Below are positions 11,501 through 19,338 of a stretch of 64,000 nucleotides of DNA, piece by piece. This DNA is from an uncultured Candidatus Poseidoniales archaeon (lineage in GTDB: Archaea > Thermoplasmatota > Poseidoniia > Poseidoniales > Thalassarchaeaceae). Within the stretch, counting starts at the first letter, position 1. Every line of letters begins with the position of its first letter. The stretch spans positions 18,275 to 82,274 of the forward strand of contig CAJJBW010000001.1 of assembly GCA_905182515.1 (NCBI GenBank), given 5' to 3'. A model generated the notes under the pieces. It saw nothing but the letters and a program-made list of their open reading frames with translations. It searched no databases and had not been told where the DNA came from. Position numbers and translations under genes: made by a program.

Positions 11501-12285
11501 TTGTCGGAGCATTAATGAATGAGTCTTTACCATTTCCTCTTACTGTAGATCCATTTCTTGATACTAATTCCTTAGAAGAATTTTTAGAATGGAATTTGCC
11601 TTGGTTATTGTTAGAATTCTTGTTAATATTAACTTTAATATGTGACTTTTGGATAGTTAACAAAAGAGAGAAAATATCCTCATCAAATAACAAACCAAAC
11701 AGAGGAATTAGAAATTTGGCCATTGTAATGATATCATTTGGCCCAGCTGGCACGTTAGCAGTCATTAGTACGATTCGACAGGGTTATCGCACAAATCAAC
11801 CAAATACCGTTGGCATGGGAATATTTAGTATAGGGTTGGTTATGTTTTCGTTCGGCTCATGGGTTTCTGAATTAATGGATTTAGTCCCCATGCTAGTCCT
11901 ATTTTTAGGTATCTTAATGTTATTATTATGTGCGACAACAATTAAATCAGGGAGAGAGAAATGGACCATCATGGCAACAATAAATTCCCACTTATTGATA
12001 ATAACTGGACTATTATGGACAGGATATTTTGATGAATTATATTTTTCAATGCTAATGATATTAATGTCATCAATAATTTGGATAGTAGGTATACTTCAAT
12101 TACGAAGAATATTAAGAATATTAGGGTTGTTAGATTTGATAATGGCGATATTATTAAGTTTGATATTCGTACCTGAAATATTAGATACAGTGAACCTACT
12201 TATTTGTTTAACAATGATTGCAATAGAATTAGGAATCATTGGATGGTTAGGAATCTATAATGAAAAAGAATTAATAAAAGATTGA
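8545..12285 (+). CDS. very large polytopic membrane protein, unknown function
   Basis: 1246 aa. A charged N-terminal segment of about 90 aa (KKISKGRKKDGD..) is followed by hydrophobic helices along nearly the whole length, on the order of 30 by eye. One basic cytoplasmic loop sits near aa 780-850. I recognise no catalytic motif. Confidence 0.6.
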   Translation: MDEEDQEDRIIRERKFKIGFNIDIDELKDRKPRVKKISKGRKKDGDPALGSFFDPFEYTDENSPGIMHQDGSISSPPERDVITEISIEGERKINWIIMVSMIVIYSIISILVGLTFDTNIAIIILLLLAGFGFTLGEIWIPDEKMNLLGVTWVIISMKVLYGLSIELRNWDVIGVETLVLILISLVSVNIYVAYRHNHDAIAAQSTLVLLAIGSSTGSILGEEGVAGMILISTVLLHGLAIHRKSGNLAALGIASSNLWIGMHAITDGFVIGELVIIKLDSSLLLFLLLMVITGLNAAMAAKFSKEPNWFSSAFKVSGLGEPGLWGVSVSLGMVGALLSVAANREDLGYALGMVTFLSTAFGGSYLSVRGVQNIRIIKPIIFSLPFLVTILLFSNQIGDNFRIDGYDLFTILGTILTGYIILKDQNNVSDRVLWLGSVVLLILLVLLVPSSDTYSEEEKGLFLLGSLSILHISTAILSIKRDSPSLGGVTVILPWAWILVHEITRESISTFMIVNDKSEIGSAIQLGILPLVSYLTLCLLLMVIVNLKLGATNINLASKFLGITEISALIKNSEILQLWNIGIWLPLISIITLAQLGGFNAITLLFILTLLIIIHTITQRLEKRVGSDSNLLLIIITSIIIIQWLHGLNSFIVILSCLSIVIIISKNDIGDKIGTGMILVSMPILISISRRGGHTALKEADKLPNLEIEWVALICTTIIIGIYLCKADKLERILKPTLASLFLIITTISLSWQSDIIITKYMSLGLFVFTSIWLVSRGELRSELKTMALKDSRIEIAKKRKDYSEYLPNLVSNNGIGNYDPLVAFLNERQNKSREQKKADNLEDFYVSDLSHRPIILLAMLSIIFIASIGRGLISGPEPIVLLCVGLFATLLVGIARYRTKSLDLSLPHILGIEIPIAMAITGLVIIHNISHIAPFSSNIDLLDLAILSIFIMGLTIISILNQNNLIDRIPVAIDWFIIPLFISRIVGALMNESLPFPLTVDPFLDTNSLEEFLEWNLPWLLLEFLLILTLICDFWIVNKREKISSSNNKPNRGIRNLAIVMISFGPAGTLAVISTIRQGYRTNQPNTVGMGIFSIGLVMFSFGSWVSELMDLVPMLVLFLGILMLLLCATTIKSGREKWTIMATINSHLLIITGLLWTGYFDELYFSMLMILMSSIIWIVGILQLRRILRILGLLDLIMAILLSLIFVPEILDTVNLLICLTMIAIELGIIGWLGIYNEKELIKD

Positions 12286-12323
12286 TATGTAAGTAATTTT
12301 ATCTTTTAAGGGCTAAACTTGAT

Positions 12324-13301
12324 GTGAGGGAGCCTTTACACCGCATTGTGACTAGGTCGTGGATATCGGACACTGCGGATGAAATAGAGCATCCACCTGT
12401 CCCTCTTGGGCTAAATGAAATGGCAGTACCAAGGGTTACATTAATATTATCCATAATTACATTATTGATGATTATTGTATCATCTACTTGGGTAGGTATT
12501 TCTGCGAAATATTTCATAGAAGATTTGGATCCATTTCAATCGAATAATTCCCAGGTTCTTGAGTCTGATGGACGCTGGTTGTGGGAAGTGGATTTGTTAT
12601 TTGATACTTGTACATCCCGAGAGGACAATTGGGAATGGCCAAATAAATTAGCTGATCAGGATGATTTGTTCCTTTATCCTGGAGAATTAAGGTGCGATTG
12701 GGAACATCAAGGAGAAAATGATAGAGCAAGTGTTGTTATTTATAATAGAGGAAATGTGACAATAGATTTAGTTATCACAATTGATGTTGAAAATATTATA
12801 TTTGCTTCTAATTCAGAATCTAGTATAATAGCGAGTGAAATTGAAAGTGATAATCCTAGGATTTTAGAAATTGTATTATCGGAAGGAATTACAGAAGAAG
12901 ATTTTAGCATAACTGCTAAACATATTAGTGCCCTTAATTCCGAAGTGAGATTGGATGTACATGCCTTTGCGGGAACTGAACAAAGGGATATTCATATTAA
13001 TGATAATGATGCTATTGAGGTTCACTATACTGTCTGGGATGCAGATAGTGGTGAAGAATTGGATAGTGGAGATTTGCCGGTGACGGCTGGAGATGATCCA
13101 AATTATATCAAAGGCTTTGGATGGTCTGCAATTGGCTTAGATATTGATAATGATAGAGGATTAATTCCTAACCTAGATACAGGAACATCTCATATTACAC
13201 TCTTGCCCCCTTGTATAGCATACGGAAATAGTGAGGGACATGAATTACAAAACTCATGGCTTCGATTTGAAATTAAGGTAGATAGGGCCCCAATTTCTTA
13301 A
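12324..13301 (+). CDS. membrane-anchored protein with C-terminal FKBP-type PPIase-like domain
   Basis: It has an N-terminal signal-anchor (VTLILSIITLLMIIVSS). The C-terminal sequence IEVHYTVWDADSGEELDSG...GFGWSAIGL...ITLLPPCIAYGNSEGHELQNSWLRFEIKV follows the FKBP fold pattern. The start may be ATG 12420 rather than GTG 12324. Confidence 0.45.
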   Translation: MREPLHRIVTRSWISDTADEIEHPPVPLGLNEMAVPRVTLILSIITLLMIIVSSTWVGISAKYFIEDLDPFQSNNSQVLESDGRWLWEVDLLFDTCTSREDNWEWPNKLADQDDLFLYPGELRCDWEHQGENDRASVVIYNRGNVTIDLVITIDVENIIFASNSESSIIASEIESDNPRILEIVLSEGITEEDFSITAKHISALNSEVRLDVHAFAGTEQRDIHINDNDAIEVHYTVWDADSGEELDSGDLPVTAGDDPNYIKGFGWSAIGLDIDNDRGLIPNLDTGTSHITLLPPCIAYGNSEGHELQNSWLRFEIKVDRAPIS

Positions 13302-13346
13302 TGGTATTCACGAAAGTGACTTGACTGAAGCCTTTCACGGAGGGCT

Positions 13347-14651
13347 GTGTCTGGAGAAACACATACCGGCCTAATGCCTTCAGAGAATGCTGTAAAAGCC
13401 GCTGAGGAAATTATCAAATCTAAATCAAATAGGAAAGGTGAGCCTGAGTTTTTTATGACTAAAGAAATGCGAAAATTATCCACTCCATGGCCAATTGCAA
13501 TGATGAGATCTGAACAAATTAATCCCAGTGAACTACCTGCAGGTGTTATATTAGACGCTGCTTCTGGATCAGGAGTACAATTGATAGCTTTTTCAAAGGG
13601 ATTGAAACGTCCTGCCCTAGGTATTGAGCTTGATGAACAAGTGGCGAATTTATGTGCCGCTAATATGTATTTAAATGCAAATAAAGACGACTTACAAAGA
13701 ACTATGGACAGAGTACTTATTGGAGATGGAACAAAGGCTGAAGAGGCGATGGATGCATTTTGGAAAAGTCTACGAGACGCTGGAACAAGAGCACATCCTC
13801 CAATAGCAATGTTGCATTTGGATCCTGCTAGGCCGAAAGATGCACAGAATCACAATATAGATGAAATGCAACCTCCTCTAAAGAATCTTCTAGCCTCTTG
13901 GAGTAAATTTTTACAAATTGGCCCAAGAGGGCCGGCTGTTTTATTGGATCTTTCACCTAGATTAAATAGTCAACAGAGGAATATGGTTGATGCAATACTG
14001 GAAACTGTATTTCCAGGAGTTCCGATAACTTGGGAATGGTTAAGTCAAGGAGGAGGGAGAGTTGACAGGTTGTCAGTATGGGTTGGCTCTATATCTTCGA
14101 AGAAAAGTCATAGATGCATTAGAGTTGGTAGAAAAAATATAATGGCGAAAATTGAAGGACTGCCGCAATCATCAAAACTTGTAAAGTTGACAAGTCCCCC
14201 TCCATTTGGATCTTGGATATCAGTAATTGATGCTTCTTTAGTTCAAAGTGGATTGCAAGAATCTTGGCTAGCGAAAGTCATTCCAGCAGGATGCGGCCAT
14301 TCATGGTTGAGACTGGAAGGTAGAAGGCCGTTGTTGATACATACTGAACCACTAATAGATGATGAGTCTTTATCTGGGTTTGTTGTTTGTAGTGGAAAAG
14401 TAGTGCAACATAGATTGACTGCCCCTGAACTAAGAACGATTGGACAAGTGTCATCTGCGGCTTTACGGCATGGCATAAACAAAGTTACACTACGGTGTAA
14501 TATTGATCCTGATATTCACCCAACAGTTCAGCGTAAATTAGATTCATCGCTTAAAGGAAATGAGGGCTCTAGCGCCTTCATGGTAGACATAAATCTTGAA
14601 AGGGGAAAGTCAAGTCATTCACTTTTTATAGTTTGTAAACAGGATAATTAA
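13347..14651 (+). CDS. class I SAM-dependent methyltransferase (RNA guanine-N2 MTase-like, with C-terminal extension)
   Basis: It has motif I (VILDAASGSGVQLIAF), an acidic beta2 end (LGIELD), and a motif IV-like LHLDPARP. The length of 434 aa implies an extra C-terminal domain. Confidence 0.45.
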   Translation: MSGETHTGLMPSENAVKAAEEIIKSKSNRKGEPEFFMTKEMRKLSTPWPIAMMRSEQINPSELPAGVILDAASGSGVQLIAFSKGLKRPALGIELDEQVANLCAANMYLNANKDDLQRTMDRVLIGDGTKAEEAMDAFWKSLRDAGTRAHPPIAMLHLDPARPKDAQNHNIDEMQPPLKNLLASWSKFLQIGPRGPAVLLDLSPRLNSQQRNMVDAILETVFPGVPITWEWLSQGGGRVDRLSVWVGSISSKKSHRCIRVGRKNIMAKIEGLPQSSKLVKLTSPPPFGSWISVIDASLVQSGLQESWLAKVIPAGCGHSWLRLEGRRPLLIHTEPLIDDESLSGFVVCSGKVVQHRLTAPELRTIGQVSSAALRHGINKVTLRCNIDPDIHPTVQRKLDSSLKGNEGSSAFMVDINLERGKSSHSLFIVCKQDN

Positions 14652-14689
14652 GTAATTTCTATCCATAGATTATATTCCGTATATTTGAA

Positions 14690-14755
14690 ATAGGGACGGT
14701 AAGTCGCGAGGACGCCCATTGGGCCACTGGAAACAGTGAACACGGGGGAACCGAC
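14690..14755 (+). promoter_or_regulatory. GC-rich 5' leader of the uS13 operon with a GNRA-capped hairpin
   Basis: The stretch GGGACGGTAAGTCGCGAGGACGCCCATTGGGCCACTGGAAACAGTGAACACGGGGGAACCGAC lies directly before the ATG. It contains a CACTG-GAAA-CAGTG hairpin at 14725-14738. TATA-like TATATTT sits about 10 nt upstream. Confidence 0.35.
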
Positions 14756-15220
14756 ATGGCGAAAGTAAACGAAGCAGAATTAGGAGATGATTTCTCCTAC
14801 ATATTTAGAATAGCAGAAAGTGACATTGACGGATTGAGTCCAATATCAATAGGATTAACCTCAATAAAAGGAATTGGAGTTAGAACATCTCAGCAAATTT
14901 GTAGACTATCAGATATAGATGGGAAGAAATTAGGTGGTTTACTAACTGCTGAAGAAAAAGATTCTCTACGGTCTACAATAGATGACTACGCCACTGTTGC
15001 ACCTTGGTGGTTGATGAATAGACAGCGTGATTTAGAAAGTAATGAGGATGCACATCTAGTTTCTCTTGAAGTTAAATTAACTCGTGATGACGATATATCA
15101 AGATTAGCAGGTATGAAAACTTACAGAGGAATGCGCCACAGAAGTGGACACAAAGTTCGAGGACAGCGTCTTAGAGCCAATGGCCGCTCAGGTACAACGC
15201 TCGGCGTGGTAAAGAAATAA
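14756..15220 (+). CDS. rps13: 30S ribosomal protein uS13
   Basis: 154 aa with IKGIGVRTSQQI and YRGMRHRSGHKVRGQRLRANGR, in the conserved archaeal S13-S4-S11-RpoD gene order. Confidence 0.93.
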   Translation: MAKVNEAELGDDFSYIFRIAESDIDGLSPISIGLTSIKGIGVRTSQQICRLSDIDGKKLGGLLTAEEKDSLRSTIDDYATVAPWWLMNRQRDLESNEDAHLVSLEVKLTRDDDISRLAGMKTYRGMRHRSGHKVRGQRLRANGRSGTTLGVVKK

Positions 15221-15237
15221 TGGAGAGGTGATGAAAA

Positions 15238-15918
15238 ATGGGTGATCCAAAATTTGCAAGGTCTAAGACACAAACGCCAACACATCCTTGGAAACAAGCA
15301 AGGATTGATGAAGAACATGCTCTTAAGGAGAAATACGGCCTTAAGAAAACAGGCGGTATGAAAGAGATCTGGAGAGAAAAGACAGCACTTAGAAGATATC
15401 GAAATCAAGCCATGAAGTTAATAGGAAGAGTAGATACTTCTGAAGGACATTTTGCTAGAGAAAAGGATCAGTTATTGGACTCATTGACGAGAAGAGGATT
15501 ATTGCCTGAGGGGGCAAATGTTGGAGATGTACTTCAAATTGATGTTGATCAGATGCTTTCTAGAAGGTTGCAATCTGTAGTATATAGACGTGGTTTAGCA
15601 CCTACAATGAGGTCGGCAAGACAATTAATAATGCATGGCCATATATCAGTAGGTCAACAAAAGATGACAGTTCCTGGATATCACATATTAAAGGATGAAG
15701 AAGAAGGATTGCAATATAATTCCAATTCCCCATTTATGATTGAAAATTCTACATTCCGTCAAGAATTAGAAAAATTGCGAGTTGTTGATTCAGATGAAGC
15801 GGATCAAGAAGAGGTTTCAGAAGTAAGGCAGGCTACAGAAGAATTTGTGGATAAAATTAAATCTGATGCCGGAGATGCCCCAACAGTTGCAGATACCATA
15901 CCAAAGGAGGCGAAATAA
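15238..15918 (+). CDS. rps4: 30S ribosomal protein uS4 (with acidic C-terminal extension)
   Basis: It has the archaeal S4 N-terminus MGDPKFARSKTQTPTHPW and an S4 RNA-binding domain (SARQLIMHGHISVGQQKMTVPGY). About 45 extra acidic residues lie at the C-terminus. Confidence 0.9.
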   Translation: MGDPKFARSKTQTPTHPWKQARIDEEHALKEKYGLKKTGGMKEIWREKTALRRYRNQAMKLIGRVDTSEGHFAREKDQLLDSLTRRGLLPEGANVGDVLQIDVDQMLSRRLQSVVYRRGLAPTMRSARQLIMHGHISVGQQKMTVPGYHILKDEEEGLQYNSNSPFMIENSTFRQELEKLRVVDSDEADQEEVSEVRQATEEFVDKIKSDAGDAPTVADTIPKEAK

Positions 15919-16298
15919 TGGGACATAAGGCAATTTTACATATTCACAGTACTTTCAATAACGTATTAATAACTGCAACTGACCTTACTGGCTGTGAGAC
16001 AATCTGTAAAGTATCTGGTGGAATGGTAACAAAAGGAGGTAGTGATTCTGGTGGGCAATTTGCTGCCACAAGAGCTGCTGAAAGAATAGCTGAGATGCTA
16101 GCTGAAAAGGAATTCAATCAAGTAATCGTCAAATATAGAGGTGCTGGCGGTAATAGATCAACTAATGCACCGGGTGCTACAGCGGCAATTAGGGCACTTA
16201 CCAGAGCAGGAGTTCAGATAACACGCATTGAAGACGTCACTCCAATACCTACAGATGGTACAAAAAGTAAAGGCGGAAGACGCGGTAGGAGAGTATGA
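15918..16298 (+). CDS. rps11: 30S ribosomal protein uS11
   Basis: 126 aa with ILHIHSTFNNVLITATDLTG and a basic KGGRRGRRV tail. Its start overlaps the S4 stop (ATAATG). Confidence 0.93.
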   Translation: MGHKAILHIHSTFNNVLITATDLTGCETICKVSGGMVTKGGSDSGGQFAATRAAERIAEMLAEKEFNQVIVKYRGAGGNRSTNAPGATAAIRALTRAGVQITRIEDVTPIPTDGTKSKGGRRGRRV

Positions 16299-16307
16299 GG
16301 TGATTAT

Positions 16308-17198
16308 ATGGTTAAAGTAAAAGTTATTAATGAAAAATCAAACAGTATCCAAATTTTATTTGTAGATGCGGATAGGTCATTACTAAGTGGAATTAGGCGT
16401 TCGTTGATGTCCGATACACCTAAAATGGCCATTGATACAGTAAGATTTGAATTAGGATTAGTTGAAGAAGATGGAGAAATATGGGAAAGTAATGGACCGT
16501 TACCTGATGAAACCATTGCTCAAAGGCTTGCAATGATACCAATTGTAACAAGGCATGATGATTTTTACTTCCAAAATGAATGTCCTTCTTGTAAGGATTT
16601 AGTAGATGATCAAAGAGGGTGCCCTCAATGCTCTGTAATCTATGCTTGTAAAGTATTTGGAACTGAAGAAGGAAAAATAATTACTGCGGGAGATATGAAG
16701 CCAATGGGTGATGATTCGCTAAGTATTATAGATGAATTCAAAGATATTCCTCTTACTAAATTATTCAAAGGTCAAATGTTGGAATTTTTTGCAACTGCCA
16801 TAATGGGCCGTGGAAGAGAACATGCAAAGTGGTCTCCAGTTTGTGGAGTTTCATTTACATCTAGGAAAATTGGAGTAATAAACAACAAAACAAAAGCAAA
16901 AATTCTTTGGGATTTAAATTTAAAAATAACATCTAAGGACTTTAAAGCTGGTAAATTAGAAGATTTTGAGAAAGTATACCAACTTGAAAGAGAGTTAAAT
17001 CATGTCGGAGAGGGAACTGAAGAGATGAAAGAATTTAAAGATGCAATCACAATTGAAGACGTCCCTGGGGAATATATTTTAAGTTTTGAAACAGATGGCT
17101 CTATGCCTCCTCAGGTTGCTTTTGAAAAGGCTACACAGGAACTTGCTGGCCGATTTAAATTAATGTCAGAAGATTTCGCAACATCCTTAATTATCTGA
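16308..17198 (+). CDS. rpoD: DNA-directed RNA polymerase subunit D (Rpo3)
   Basis: 296 aa. The position after S11 fits, as do NSIQILFVDADRSLLSGIRRSLMSDTPKMAID (alpha-like dimerisation domain) and the Cys cluster CPSC..CPQC of archaeal subunit D. Confidence 0.88.
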   Translation: MVKVKVINEKSNSIQILFVDADRSLLSGIRRSLMSDTPKMAIDTVRFELGLVEEDGEIWESNGPLPDETIAQRLAMIPIVTRHDDFYFQNECPSCKDLVDDQRGCPQCSVIYACKVFGTEEGKIITAGDMKPMGDDSLSIIDEFKDIPLTKLFKGQMLEFFATAIMGRGREHAKWSPVCGVSFTSRKIGVINNKTKAKILWDLNLKITSKDFKAGKLEDFEKVYQLERELNHVGEGTEEMKEFKDAITIEDVPGEYILSFETDGSMPPQVAFEKATQELAGRFKLMSEDFATSLII

Positions 17199-17238
17199 TT
17201 AGTCAAAGGCTTCTTGTCTAAAAGGTTGTAGCAAAGTC

Positions 17239-18216
17239 ATGGTTGTGAAACTTGGCAAAGGGCAATGCGGTGGCCACGTTACCTTATTATTTGCTATAGC
17301 AGATAATGTTGAAGCGCTGGAGAAGCAGGGAAGTTTAGGGGCAGGTTTATGCTTAAAAGATGGAATTGAAGCAATATCTAGAGGTGAACCAGGTTCCTTT
17401 AAATTGGATATAAATTTTATAAATGGAAATGGAGATGTTGGCCTTTATCAAGATGTTGTAAAAGTTTTATCATTAGAAATACCAGAAATTAAAAATTATT
17501 CTTGGGAATTAAATATTCGTTTTTCATTGCCAGTTTCACAAGGTTTTGGCATGTCTGCATCAGGAGCAATAGCCGCTGCTAGTTCCTTTCAAAGAGCACT
17601 TGGAATTTCACATGAAGAAAGTAGAAGAAGATCATATTTGATAGCCCATATTGTAGAACGTATGAGATCTACGGGGTTGGGGGATACTACTGCATTGGCG
17701 TCGGGAGGAGTAGAGAGAAGAATTGTTGAAGGTTCACCTTATAGTAGTAATTTACTGATTAAAGGGCCCGGAATATCAGAAGGTTGGACAAAAGATATCC
17801 CCTTAATATTAGCTTGGAAGTCAAAGAGTGGCAGCCATACTTCAGATTATATTGATCATGTAGAATGGAAAAAGAAAATTACAAATGCTGGATTGAAAAA
17901 AATGAAGACCATTGGAGAAGGAAAATGGGATTCTTCTAGATGGAGGGAATTATTGGATGCTTCAAAAGATTTTGCTTCTGAAAGTGGATTACTACTCGAT
18001 TCTAAAAGATCAATAATTTTGGAAGATGCGAATAGGGTAATAGAGGCAAATAATTTGGAAGATGAATGTATGGCTTTATTATGTATGCTTGGAGAAAGTA
18101 TCGTAATAGTTCCAAAGAACCTTAGTTCTCTTGACTTTAAAATTGACACAGTTTGTAATGATTTAAGGAAAATAGGATATCAGACCATCATTACTGAAGT
18201 TTCTAAGTTATCATAA
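17239..18216 (+). CDS. GHMP-superfamily kinase (pantoate kinase-like, COG1829-type)
   Basis: It has GHMP motif II (PVSQGFGMSASGAIAAASSF) and an N-terminal GGHVTLLFAI. The specific substrate cannot be assigned from sequence by eye. Confidence 0.5.
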   Translation: MVVKLGKGQCGGHVTLLFAIADNVEALEKQGSLGAGLCLKDGIEAISRGEPGSFKLDINFINGNGDVGLYQDVVKVLSLEIPEIKNYSWELNIRFSLPVSQGFGMSASGAIAAASSFQRALGISHEESRRRSYLIAHIVERMRSTGLGDTTALASGGVERRIVEGSPYSSNLLIKGPGISEGWTKDIPLILAWKSKSGSHTSDYIDHVEWKKKITNAGLKKMKTIGEGKWDSSRWRELLDASKDFASESGLLLDSKRSIILEDANRVIEANNLEDECMALLCMLGESIVIVPKNLSSLDFKIDTVCNDLRKIGYQTIITEVSKLS

Positions 18217-19275
18217 AATATTTTTTTCCCTACTTTTTTCATGAAAATCAGATAATAATGTAAGATCTAGTGGGCTTGCATCTAATTGAATCGCTCCCTT
18301 TAGCCTCAAAGAATCGCAAAATCCATGGCGATAGACAATTCCTCCATGCCCATATTCATTTACATACCTGTCCACTTGTTTTTGTGTTTTCTTTTTTGGA
18401 AATTTTAAATCGGCACCAAAAAAATGTTTTGCGTCAATCCATGCGCATGGGATTCCATTTATTCTTACATCATCTAGAAACAATAAATCGGGAGTTATAA
18501 TTGCTCTTCCTTCTAACTCTTTTTGTTCTTTAAGTAGATCCTCCTGGCGTCTAAATCTAACGCCTAATGAAGAGAAATAATTACACAATATATCTTCAAA
18601 TATTTCCGCTGCAGATTGTGTTTCTGATTGATTTACAGAGCTTACTTTATCATGTTGTTCGGCTAATTGGAATTCTTTTTTATCCCTATCATTAAGTTTA
18701 GAAGGGTTTTTTAGAGTTTCCTTTATTCTTGTTTTAGTCCATCCTCTGCCAGTCAGAATAGCCCGAAAGGTATTAACTGGGGGTGCATCGAATTTTGTGG
18801 AGAGAGATATAATGCCTTGTCCTGCATCATAACGTCTTTTTAGTTCATTGGAGCGACTCATGATTCGACCATGAGAATATACACTTTTTTCTTGGTTCAA
18901 TGCTGAACGGAGGGATAATGCTTGCTCAAGGGAAATGGGATATTTATCAATTTTTTTAGCTATTTCTGTGACTCTGTCTTCTTCTAACCATCCAAATTCT
19001 CCGGGTCTGCATATAAATTCTCCTACCTTCTTTTGAGTTTCTTTCGGAACGCCATTGGTGATCCATTCGAGTTCTATTAGAGCAGGTGGAGGTTCAATTA
19101 TACTAGGTATACCTTGAGGAGGAGGGGATATTTGGAATCTAGATATTGCTTTATCTATTGCTTCAGAATTTTGAACATTTGCTTCTTCATTAGATTTATG
19201 GTTATTATCATCGCGTCGGGTACGTTTTTGACGACGGTTGCGACTTATTTTTCCATCGGAAGGTTCGCTCAACAT
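18211..19275 (-). CDS. PD-(D/E)xK nuclease-like protein of the TPD-motif / CDIN1 (C15orf41) family
   Basis: The C-terminal core AIITPDLLFLDDVRINGIPCAWIDAKHFFG matches the TPD...W(I/V)(D/E)(A/S)K signature. The N-terminus is basic and disordered (RNRRQKRTRRDD). Confidence 0.5.
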   Translation of the reverse strand: MLSEPSDGKISRNRRQKRTRRDDNNHKSNEEANVQNSEAIDKAISRFQISPPPQGIPSIIEPPPALIELEWITNGVPKETQKKVGEFICRPGEFGWLEEDRVTEIAKKIDKYPISLEQALSLRSALNQEKSVYSHGRIMSRSNELKRRYDAGQGIISLSTKFDAPPVNTFRAILTGRGWTKTRIKETLKNPSKLNDRDKKEFQLAEQHDKVSSVNQSETQSAAEIFEDILCNYFSSLGVRFRRQEDLLKEQKELEGRAIITPDLLFLDDVRINGIPCAWIDAKHFFGADLKFPKKKTQKQVDRYVNEYGHGGIVYRHGFCDSLRLKGAIQLDASPLDLTLLSDFHEKSREKNIL

Positions 19276-19338
19276 TTAATCGACTGAGAGGTACTCCATG
19301 AACCCACCGAGTGAATATATATCTAATGGCCAACTTTG

